Origin: Octopus sinensis
Taxonomy: Eukaryota
Reading direction: 5' to 3'
DNA length: 33,584 nt
Assembly: GCF_006345805.1 (NCBI RefSeq)
Contig: NW_021832504.1
Location: 1 to 33,584 of the forward strand
Position numbers and translations under genes: made by a program. This document shows, piece after piece, positions 24,235 to 33,584 of the stretch; position 1 is the stretch's first letter; the number at the start of each line of letters is the position of its first letter. The notes below the pieces were generated by a model that worked only from the letters and a program-made list of their open reading frames with translations, was not told where the DNA came from and searched no databases.

Positions 24235-24530
24235 CCCATGGCTGAGGATCGGAGACTTCAGACAGTCATTTCACCTCGCCCCACACTTCGATCACGTGCT
24301 GTAGTTGTACACTCCACCTGAACCCCGTCCTTCGTCCTCTCTTCCATGTAATTGCACCGCTTTCGTGGTTGTCACCTGCGAGCTCGTTTTTCGCCCACCC
24401 AACAACAGAGGAGACGAGTCAAAAGAATCTAAGCTCCGATCACTTGGCTGAAATATTGCAATTTTTGCCGTTTGACCGTTGTCATTAGATTTCCTCATGG
24501 TGGACAAATGGACATATCCTTGGTATAATG
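24235..24530 (-). mobile_element. Decayed RTE LINE 3' fragment
   Basis: Minus-strand pieces LMTTVKRQKLQYFSQVI...QPRKR...TTTARDRSV match the RTE pattern KRRKLxYFGHV...GRPRKRW...ARDRxxW. Confidence 0.6.
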
Positions 24531-25118
24531 GGGAATGACCTAATTAGTGCTTTTAAGGAACACTGTAACTTACTAACATAAGTTAGTTTTCTGGGTCATC
24601 TAAAAATAAATCAGTGAGCCGAACGAAGAGTGATTTTTTTTTCCATTAACAAAACTCCCTCCCAGCATTTCTTAATAACCTTTGTTAGCAACATTAGTAC
24701 AAGCATCTCCAACATTTCCTCAGGCAAAGAATTTTCGATGGAGTTACCAACTGCTACAATATTTGTGCTATAACGAAATGGATATGAAGGAAAATATTAA
24801 GTTTAAAGCAATTCCTGTACCAGACCAAGTTAATAAAACTAAAATCCAACGAAATGACACATGATTCACATAGCCACAACCTAAAATAAATTAATGATAT
24901 ACACACATACACACACAGACACACACAGACACACACACACAGACACACACACACACACACACACACATATATCATATTTCATTCCATAACGGCTACCTCT
25001 GAAGAACGCGGGATTACATAATCGGACGGCTATCTAACACTCTGTTGAACTTCTAGTGCAAAACTGATTTGTAAGACAAACACGTACGTAGGGACAAACA
25101 CGTACACGCGTACGCGTA

Positions 25119-25147
<29 letters not shown>

Positions 25148-25153
<6 letters not shown>

Positions 25154-25300
25154 CGTCTACCAAATTCACTCACAATGTTTTTGGCCGGCCCAGAGCTATA
25201 TAGTAGAAGACATTAGCCTAAGTTGCCGCACAGTTGGACTAACCCCAAAACCACAGGGCTACAAAGAGAACTTCTTAACCGCACAGCTATGTCTGCGCCT
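25148..25300 (-). mobile_element. SINE-A 5' half
   Basis: gtttccgtctaccaaattcactcacaa...cttaaccgcacagctatgtctgcgcct. Confidence 0.85.
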
Positions 25301-25809
25301 ATATATTTATTTATTCATTTATTTATGCTTACGCATTACGAAGATCTTAGAATTTTTTAAACCGGCAAATTTTAAAAGTTAGCTACCATTGCATAACTAG
25401 CATGAGAAACATTGTTGCAAAAAGCAGGTACCCCCCCCCCCACCACCACCACCTCAATAGGCGTCATAAGCCATTAATAAGCTTGAGAACCTGGTAACCT
25501 GGTAATTAATTCAGTGGTCATTCACCAGAATAATCTTGCCAGAATTAATAAAAGCAGAAGAGATAATTGCTGCTGCTAAAGTTTAAAATTATGGTTTTTA
25601 TACAATTTTTGTAATGCTGAATTTACAGAGCTCCCGTGTCTACTCGTTAGATTATATATCGGAATATGTGAGGGAACGTTTAAAGAAACAAACGAAACAG
25701 CACAACATTATCAAGACTCATATGGCACTTGAAAGAAAACAACATTAACAGTTCACATATCATTTGGCTCATACCGCACTTCACTCAAATTTTGCTGTGT
25801 CTGTAATAA

Positions 25810-25900
25810 TTGTTTCGAATTTTGGTACAAAACCAGCAATTTTGATAGGAGGAGCAAGTTGATTACATCGACTCCACTACTTAACTGGTACTTTATTTTT
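25810..25900 (-). mobile_element. SINE-B 3' fragment
   Basis: ttttggtacaaaaccagcaattttg...gattacatcgactcc...aactggtacttt. Confidence 0.65.
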
Positions 25901-25961
25901 TATCAGTCCCCATTTTTAAATTTTAACCGTAGCGAGACTCACGCAGTAAAAAATGAAATAA

Positions 25962-27566
25962 TGAACAGCTACAGAAGATTTTCATGTGACACAGGAATTC
26001 TTAAAGCAGAAGGCGTCTGTTGGTATTGTGACGTTAAGGAGTCGAAACCTAGATTACCTTCCAAACTATCTGACCGATGGAGTCAAATGAAAAGAAGTGA
26101 TAGCAACCTCACGAAAAAGAAGTGCGTGCAGGTGTAGAGGATCTTCGGGTTAGCAGGATAGTGGGCTTAACGGACAAGGAGTTTAGACAAAGAGAGGCAA
26201 CATACAGAAGAGACATATTGCAGGGTCGAAGTTTTGGTGAGCTGACATCAGTCACATCAGATTCCTGACACAGGTTATCCACAATATCTCACCAAGCCCT
26301 AGAAAACTTCGCACACAGAGCAGACGTCAATCTCCCCACCCCTTCCCTCTCTCTATGACTGTCTATGACTGTCTCAATGGTGTCTAAAGACCTTGGCGGA
26401 CTGCGGGTACCGCTGGTGCCATGACCAGATGCTCAAGGTAGCAGAGTTTTGGCGCCGCAAGCTTAGCGTCGCTAATTCGACGCTGACTTATTTGACATCA
26501 ACATTTTAATATTTTTCATGTTTTAATGTTTCTCTTACTCTCTTTCTCCTCTCTCTTCTCTCTCTCTCTCTCTCTCGTTCTCCCCCTCTCTCTCTCTCTC
26601 TCGTTCTCCCTTCCCTCTCTCTCTGTTTATTGTGTAAACATTTTTCTCGCTATGTGTATGTGGAGATGGAAAGTGATTTCGTCAATTGTGTTCAATTAGT
26701 AAATTATAATCTCTCTCTTTCTCTCACACACAAACACTTTCTCTTTCTCTCTCATTCTCGCTGTTTTCGTGTGTATGCATTTCTGCCAGCGTGAGTGTAT
26801 GTGTTTGCTTGCAATCGCCAAAAAGCATCGTCGCCAAAACAGGTTCATTTTGTGGGCAGCCTGGCCCAATCGCATGTCAAAACAGCCGGCGATTTGATAC
26901 GCCTCATTGCGTCTTATCCAAATCATCTCATTCTGTTTTGTAGAGATGGTCACGGCAGCCATCCGGTGCAGTAAAAACCATCCCTTCCTGGGATGGTATT
27001 TACTTTTCTTTCAAAGCTAGAGAGATGCCGTACTCCAATTCACAGAACCATGGATACTTACCACAGTCTCAGACAAGCAGCCGAGCGTGGATATTGTTAA
27101 TGCATAGAATACTAATAAGACCCTGCCCAGCTATAATGATCTCAGATTCCTCAGGTCAGGTAATCATGTGGACGTTGGGTTCATAAGAAGTGGGTTCATA
27201 AGATAAAGCTTTCTAAATACCAGGGACAGTTGGAGCTACACAAAAGAAGACGCCGATAGGTTCACTGCGAGCCAATTGAAGTGGAATGCCAGGGTGTTTG
27301 TGTGCCAGTCACTCTGCAAAGATCTGACTGGGTGTGGTATCACTGCAAATGTTGGGGTTTACATTCCATCACTGAAACTGCAAACAAAACTACTTGACGG
27401 CTTTGAATGAAGAAAGCACACAAGACTCAGGGCTTGTTGGTGCTGGAATGTAAGTTATGACTTAATCGATCATAGCTGAATCAATAGGGTGGAGAAATCT
27501 GATGTTGACAGACACGAAGCCACCGAGGATCCCAAGAACACTGCAGATGATGTAACCAGAGTATCC
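25962..27566 (+). mobile_element. Decayed 3' part of a Hero/NeSL-type (restriction-like endonuclease) non-LTR retrotransposon, split by an insertion at ~26441-26939
   Basis: Frameshifted pieces occur in the expected order: LKQKASVGIV, EVRAGVEDLRVSRIVGL, HIRFLTQVIHNISPSPRKL, CLKTLADCGYRWCHDQMLK, then after the insertion FKAREMP, MISDSSGQVIM, KLSKYQG, CEPIEVECQG and QSLCKDL. A Hero-like 3' UTR follows (tctgatgttgacagacacgaa...gatgatgt). Confidence 0.75.
26441..26939 (+). mobile_element. Unclassified non-autonomous element (family X) with GC-rich subterminal repeats and internal (CT)n
   Basis: Interrupts the Hero reading frame. Homologous in reverse orientation to 32420-33300. Confidence 0.6.
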
Positions 27567-27593
27567 GTGAAATGTATCTTGAAAGCTTTATTT

Positions 27594-27691
27594 TGTATGT
27601 GTGTATATGTTTGCTTCAATGTATGTATGTATGTATGTATGTATGTATGTATGTATGTATGTATGTATATGTATGTATGTATGTATGTATG

Positions 27692-27723
<32 letters not shown>

Positions 27724-27770
27724 TGTATGTATGTATGTACGTGTCTGCGTGCGTGTGTGTGTGTGTTTGC
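27594..27770. repeat. (TATG)n/(TG)n microsatellite
   Basis: Directly visible. Confidence 0.95.
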
Positions 27771-27840
27771 GTCGCTATGTTGGACCATTGAACTCAACAC
27801 GTTTTTCTTTTTTCATTCTCTATTTATTTCCTCTTAATCC

Positions 27841-27874
27841 TTTTTGTCGAAGAGCGTGGGTTCGAAACGTAAAA
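27841..27874 (+). ncRNA. Degenerate minimal hammerhead-ribozyme-like motif in a short repeat fragment (27780-27915)
   Basis: ttt-TTGTCGA-a-GAGC-gtgg-GTTC-GAAA-CG-TA-aaa. Stem II, GAAA, a palindromic ACGT stem III and a UA site are present, with two mismatches to CTGANGA. Confidence 0.45.
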
Positions 27875-27915
27875 CATTTTTCCATTTTCCCCGAGCGTCA
27901 AACTAATACACTTGC

Positions 27916-28281
27916 CCTTGGGGACGGCATGTTCGTCAGTTTCTCAATCAAACATTTCCAGACCAATGGATTGGAAGGGATAGTCCAATTCCATGGCCAC
28001 TGCGTTCGCCAGATATCACTCCCTTGGACCTCTTTTTATGGAGTTATGTAAAAGATATCGTGTATCAAAGACTTGAAACAAAGGATCCATAATGCCATTG
28101 CCACCGTTGATGAGGCTATCCTACAGCGAACATGGCAAGAAACCGAGTACCGTCTTGATGTGCTTCGCGCAACTAATGGTGGCCAACAATTATTACAATA
28201 AAACAAATCTGGTTAAGATATTTTGTCAACTGCCTTTGTAATAAAATTTTTAAATTGTAAAGAGACTTTATGGACACGCTG
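27916..28281 (+). mobile_element. Tc1/mariner-superfamily transposase relic (C-terminal part plus right TIR)
   Basis: Translates WGRHVRQFLNQTFPDQWIGRDSPIPWPLRSPDITPLDLFLWSYVKDIVYQ, then after a frameshift DLKQRIHNAIATVDEAILQRTWQETEYRLDVLRATNGG (WPxRSPDLxPLD motif). Ends gagactttatggacacgctg followed by TA. Confidence 0.9.
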
Positions 28282-28734
28282 TATATATGTATGTATACAC
28301 ACAAACACATACAAAAGTAATACATGTGTGTCGGGGGGTATTTCATTTTGGAGGCTATTCCTTGGCGTCAACTCTGGACATGTTTCAGCTTAATTCTGAT
28401 ATCATCAGCTAAATATATATCCTTCAATGTACTTTGCCTTACATAACGAACCGTTTCAACGAACACGAACAATCTGGAGTAAGTTATCCCAACTTGGATA
28501 AAAATAGCAGCTAATCTCTGTCAAATTCTGTAACATATGGTTTTAACAATATGAAACCGTTGGGTCATGCATCCACTGATCCTATCACGCCGGAAGTAGA
28601 AATGGTCAGGAAGTGGAAGAGGAAAGAAAATGAAATATTAAAAGGAAAGATAACCAGAAAGAAAAAGCAGGTGAACGAAAAAAAAAAGAAATGCAAAACG
28701 AAAAGAAATAGGGGAAGAGATGGCTTTCATCATC

Positions 28735-28807
28735 GTAGTAGTAGTGGAAGTTGTGGGAGTAGGAGGGGGAGGAAGTAGCAGCAGCAGCTGCTGCAGTAGT
28801 AGTAGTA

Positions 28808-28841
<34 letters not shown>

Positions 28842-29100
28842 TGTAGCAGCTGCAGCAGTAGCAGCAGTAGTGGTTGTAGTAGTAGTAGTTGTTGTAGTAG
28901 TAGTTGTTGAAGTAGTAGCAGCGGTGGCAACAGCAGCAGCAGTGGCAGCTACTGCAGTAGTGGTAGTAGTAAGAGTAGTAGCAGTGGCAGCAGCGGCAGT
29001 AGTAGCAGTAGTAGCAGATGCAGAAGCAGCAGCAGCAGTAGCAGTAGTAGCAGATGCAAAAGCAGCAGCAGCAGCAGCAGTAGTTGTAGTAGTAGTAGTA

Positions 29101-29132
<32 letters not shown>

Positions 29133-29330
29133 CAAGGATAGCGTCGACGGAAGCAACAAGAACAAATCACGGCCGGAGAAGATAAAAAAAAAATAGAAAA
29201 AGAAAAAACAGCAAACCGGTAACAACAACAACAATAACAACCACAGCATCCCTTGATACAACAATAACAAAGGCGAGGACGACGACGACAACAACAACAA
29301 CAATATCAATAGCAACAATGAAAACAACCA
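28735..29330. repeat. Degenerate (TAG/CAG)n array followed by (CAA)n
   Basis: Directly visible. Confidence 0.93.
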
Positions 29331-29449
29331 ATATGGCCGTTTGTTTACGGTTGGTCGCACATAACCGATATTGCACGCTCTCTTGACACCTGTAATTGAT
29401 ATCACATGTTCTTCTGACACTTCCGCTTGGCTGGCGACGAAGTATCATG

Positions 29450-29590
29450 CACACACGCACGGATGCACGCACACACAAAACACACACACATACATACACA
29501 CATACACACACACACATACATACATACATACATTCATACATACATACATACATACATACATACATACATACATACATACATACATACACA
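29450..29590. repeat. (CA)/(TACA)n microsatellite
   Basis: Directly visible. Confidence 0.95.
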
Positions 29591-29684
29591 GAGATTCGCT
29601 TACATTGCCACATATATACTCACACATATATATCATATTTCTGTTTTTATTACAGCAGATGGTACCTCGTGCCCAAGCGAAATG

Positions 29685-29900
29685 GTGGATTCGCAGAATC
29701 GAGAGAGACATGGACAAAAAATGCGTGTGATATTTAAGATACGTTCTTTACGCTCTGGGTTCGAATCCTGTCTTCGATCCTATGATACCTCCGAAGTTTC
29801 GCCCTTTCATTATTCCGGGGCCGATCAAATAAATACCAGTGAAATATTGGATCGATAAATGTTTATATACACCCGCTAAAGTTACAGCCATTGTACCTGA
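29685..29900 (+). mobile_element. Old, diverged SINE-B
   Basis: gcagaatcg...ctttacgctctgggttcgaatcc...ctttcattattccggggccgatcaaataaataccagt. Confidence 0.65.
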
Positions 29901-30033
29901 ACTATAACAGCACCGTACTTTGTCGAGATTGCCGAAATAAAAGCTGGGACTGCTGATACGAGTCAAAAGAGCGAGGTTGGGAAGCAAGCTTCTACTATAC
30001 TGCCACGCCTTGAGAATCTGTACTGAAATTTAC

Positions 30034-30745
30034 CCCTGTTCAGAACGTGACAGATGTTCGTCATCACCTGATTGACATCCTTGTATTTGTGTAGAACAAA
30101 GGTTCTCAACGGTGACCATTTGGAGCTCGAGTGGGGGCGCTTTGGAGCAAAGAGGTTCTCTTTAACCAAAGAGCACACGTTGATCTCATAAGTGTCGTGT
30201 GGTCGAAATAAACGCAATTACCACTCTTTCAATTCATTATTTCGTTTTTTTTTAGTGGGGTTGCATTTCAGTTTGTACATTTGTACTCCCGACTGCGTAC
30301 AAGCGCATATGTAAAACGATGTCTTTTATTTTTTAATCATTATCTGCTGATATCAAAATAAGTAGTGTATTGAAAAATGAAAATATTTTCTAGGCAGTAA
30401 GCCATTTGTAACTCCAGGGGTCAAAAGAGGGACTTTGGCCAAAATGGGTTGAGAACCTTGGTGTAGAACATTACTAGCGATAACTAAATCAGCATTGGAC
30501 AAAACATCTGAAATTGGGTTTGCAGGATGCCATCGTAAAATGGGAATGCCGGTAACTTCACTCTCTACGTCCATTTCACCTTCAGAAACTGTTCCAATGT
30601 AATCAGTTGTCACAATGGGATGAGACTGAAAAGAGGAAATAATTCTTTGACTGAAATGTTTCTGTGTAGCATCAATTTCAAAAATTTTAATGTTGTTCTT
30701 GAACAGTTTCTCAAGTACGCTTGCGTCTATACGTGGGACTCTGCT
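30034..30745 (-). pseudogene. FASN: Fatty acid synthase / animal FAS-like PKS (pseudo-)methyltransferase-domain exon fragment, disrupted by a hAT MITE
   Basis: Removing 30097-30460 plus one TSD joins two same-frame ORFs into IDASVLEKLFKNNIKIFEIDATQKHFSQRIISSFQSHPIVTTDYIGTVSEGEMDVESEVTGIPILRWHPANPISDVLSNADLVIASNVLH|KYKDVNQVMTNICHVLNRG. This is colinear with recalled animal FASN (MKVVEV...HP..QLSYTAT...WDPADP...ADLLVCN...DPASALSNMVAALREGGF). Candidate acceptor ccttcag and donor G|gtaaat. Symbol denotes family, not proven orthology. Confidence 0.65.
30097..30460. mobile_element. hAT-type MITE (364 bp) with perfect 8-bp TSD gtgtagaa
   Basis: TIRs caaaggttctcaac and gttgagaaccttg. gtgtagaa at 30089-30096 and 30461-30468. 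Confidence 0.92.
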
Positions 30746-30949
30746 CTGAAGGCAATGTCACAACAAACGCGTGACCTTACTCTAGGCTGCTCTGATTCCT
30801 AGATTTCTCACGGGTGCCTTTGGGATAATACGTGACGATAGAGAAGGGATGATAATGACCAGAGGTGTTGAGGAACCTGCTCTGATCCAGGAAGCGGGCT
30901 ATATTCCTTAAATGATAGACATGTATTTTAGATATATATGCGTTAAGGT

Positions 30950-31083
30950 AGGCACAGGCATGGCTGTGTGGTTAAAAAACTCGCTTCGAGACTATGTGAT
31001 TTCGAGTTCAATCCCATTGCACGTAAACTTCGCCAAGTGTCTTCAACTATAGTTCAAGCTTGACCGATAGCTTCTGAGTGGAC
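30950..31083 (+). mobile_element. SINE-A 5' half
   Basis: aggcacaggcatggctgtgtggttaa...gagttcaatcccattgc...caagtgtcttc. Confidence 0.85.
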
Positions 31084-31293
31084 CTATATATATATATATA
31101 TATATATGTTCTACCAAATATATACGTTTTATTTATTATTGTGCAATTTACTTAATCATCGGTGTATTATTGTTATTTTATATTTAATATTTCTATTAAA
31201 TGTAATTTTCTAGATGGTGTAACTCAATCGATCATTTTGAAATGATAAAGAGTGTTTTTTTTCTAATTTATGTATGTGTGTGTATGTGTGTGT

Positions 31294-31492
31294 TAAGGAA
31301 AATAAGACAAGGTAGAAAATGCTAAAATAATTTTATTATGAAGTACATTTTAGTACCGGTTTTCACCTTTTAGACTTTTTAACTGAGAGTAAAATAAGAA
31401 AAACAATTAAATTGGAGAAAAAATTAAGTGAAATATTTTGTAAATATTTCCATAGTCTTTAAATAAGTACATATTTCCATAGTCTTCAGATA

Positions 31493-31574
<82 letters not shown>

Positions 31575-31895
31575 ATTCCTTTGTGAATGCCTCTGAAGAG
31601 ATAGCTTGAATACAGAGAATTGATGGTTTAAGCAGGAGCTTTGACCATTAAAGATGATTTCACGAACAATTTACTATGTCACAGCACTCCTGTATTTTTC
31701 CTTTCTTTTCTTTCTCCTTTTCCCTCTTCTTTCCCTAGTTCTATTTCTCTTCCTCCTTCATCTTCTCCTACTCCTCCTCCTCCACCTTTTCTGTTTCTTT
31801 TTCTATTTTCTTCTTTTTCTATCTTTTCTTCTCCTTCTCCCCCGGCTGCTCCTAAAAATTATTTTAGCATTTTCTACCTTGTCTTATTTTCCTTA
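31294..31895. mobile_element. Element with perfect 41-bp inverted termini and internal (CT)n
   Basis: 31294-31334 taaggaaaataagacaaggtagaaaatgctaaaataatttt is the exact reverse complement of 31855-31895. Confidence 0.8.
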
Positions 31896-31954
31896 TGCAT
31901 ATCAACTCGTGTGTTACTTTTCTACTTTCTACACACAATCGCGCGCACGCGCAC

Positions 31955-32016
<62 letters not shown>

Positions 32017-32084
32017 ACATGTATACATATATGGATGTATGCATATAGACATACAGACACATACATGTATGTATGTATTTATAC

Positions 32085-32285
32085 TTTTTCTCACCCCCAC
32101 TACTTGACAACCAATGTTGGTTGCTTACGTGCCCGTAATTTAACGGTTCGGCAAAGAGAGACCGACAGAATAAGTACCACGCATAAAAATAAACAGTGGT
32201 GTCAAGCCAGTCGACTAAAAAGCTAAAACTTTCAAGATGGTGCTTGAGCATGGCTGCAGTCCAATTTTAAGTAAAAAGTAAGCGA
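32085..32285 (+). mobile_element. SINE-A 3' half
   Basis: cttgacaaccaatgttgg...acggttcggcaaagagagaccgacagaataagtacc...agcatggctgcagtcc. Confidence 0.85.
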
Positions 32286-32419
32286 AAACATTGACATAGA
32301 AATAAAGAGAACTCTACAAATACTAAATACTCCGCGTGTACTCCTGCGGATTCATGCCTGTGATTATCGGGGGATTTGGTCATATGACTAACAGATTTAG
32401 CAACAGCCATGAGAACGGG

Positions 32420-32558
32420 AGTGTTGGGCGCATTTGTTTTGGCGCTGACGATATGGCACAGCTGACTGAAGAGTTAACTTGTTTTAGCCACAGTTCTTTT
32501 TGACGCGGGAAGTTAGCGTGCGCACACGAGCAGAAATATGCACATACAGCTAGAGACG

Positions 32559-32612
<54 letters not shown>

Positions 32613-33300
32613 TAGAAGAGAGACAGACAGCTAGACGGACAGACAGAAGCAGAGAGAGTGGGAGTGGGGGAGAGAAAGAGACACTATAATTTATTAATTA
32701 TTGAATGCGATTGACATGAACACTTTCCCTCAAACACATAAAACGAAATGTACGTACCAGCGGCCAGGAATGTGCATAATACGTAAATTAGTCAATCAAT
32801 AAATGTTACATCGCTAAATTAGTGGCTATTTAAACAATACGTCGGTGGATAGTCAATGAGTCGGATGTGGCGCTGAAGAAAATGCAATAACTCTTGAAAT
32901 ATGGATATACACTCATTGCCTATTTTTTTCTGTCTTCGATTCAATTGTTTATATAAACGTATTCATATACGAAACATGTTAAATTTCTATTTCTGTATAG
33001 ATAAGCTTTAAAATGGGAACATCGCTCTGTTAACACAAAAGTAAAGCTTGAATTGTAAACCTTTCGTATTCTTGGGAGTATATTATGGTTGAAAAACTAA
33101 ACACCGTGTCCTTGCTAGCAATTAACATAAAGTGAAATATGCTCGCACGCGTAAGTAAAGAGAAAGTGATGGAGAGAGGGGGAAATAGAACGAGAGAAAC
33201 ATTGAAACATCTGAAGCAAATAAGTCGGCGTCAAATCATCGACGCAAATAGGCGGCCCCGAAACGGCTGGACAAAAACGTCGCCGACGCAATAAGAAGCT
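32420..33300 (-). mobile_element. Second family-X copy, interrupted by a family-H element
   Basis: tataatttattaattattgaatgcgattgac...cactttcc and aaacattgaaacat...caaataagtcggcgtcaaat match the reverse complements of 26665-26710 and 26472-26535. Confidence 0.6.
32748..33036 (+). mobile_element. Third family-H copy with hammerhead-like core
   Basis: tgtacgtaccag...ccagga matches 4727-4746. ggatgtggcgCTGAAGA-N16-GAAAtatgg at 32873-32899. Ends tcgctctgttaacaca, as at 4615-4630. Confidence 0.65.
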
Positions 33301-33584
33301 GAGCTTCATAAAACCAAAAATATTGCAGTTGATTAAGAAATTGCAATTAAAACTCATTAATCGAGCTGTGAAAATACGCAAAACATTCTAGAATTTTAAT
33401 TTGTTATTACCGATATCCTTCATAATTGTTGCGAGTGGGCAACAGTCTTTCTAAATGCCAGTAAACATCGTTGAAATTTTTTCAATTAAAAGAATTTAAT
33501 TTCATTATGAAAATCTTGTGTGAACATATTTTTTCCTTTCCGCACAAGTTCTACTAAAACCGAAGAATGTGCTCGAGCACAAGC

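Noticed and set aside
27080-27450. AP-endonuclease reading of this segment
   Set aside because: The colinear Hero-type RLE reading explains far more residues.
28638-29420. 260-aa minus-strand ORF
   Set aside because: Dominated by (TAG/CAG/CAA)n repeats, with no domain in the unique part.
29640-29740. Apparent splice acceptor (ttattacag) and plus-strand exon
   Set aside because: The downstream sequence is a diverged SINE-B head.
30097-30468. MITE acting as a precisely spliced introner in the FAS-like exon
   Set aside because: The insertion is 372 bp (in frame) but contains a stop. The GT/AG pairs I tried near its ends leave +20 or +7 nt, which is out of frame.

Overview
This is AT-rich eukaryotic genomic DNA that is almost entirely non-coding. 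The SINE families and the very high (TA)n/(CA)n/(TACA)n/(TAG)n density point to a cephalopod, probably Octopus (inference). I found no intact protein-coding gene, and nearly all ORFs in the track are microsatellite or SINE read-throughs. The window contains about 30 copies or fragments of four tRNA-derived SINE families, decayed RTE and Hero/NeSL-like LINE pieces, a Tc1/mariner transposase relic, and hAT- and Tc1-type MITEs. It also has an ~0.9 kb near-identical tandem duplication and several foldback elements, including a perfect 394-bp palindrome, some carrying degenerate hammerhead-ribozyme-like cores. The best host-gene signal is a minus-strand fatty-acid-synthase-like methyltransferase-domain segment (30034-30745), which reads through only after an inserted hAT MITE is removed. 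A repeat-free island at ~20.1-20.4 kb holds a GC box, CArG box, CTCF motif, E-box and octamer. All protein and family assignments come from recalled motifs, not database searches.
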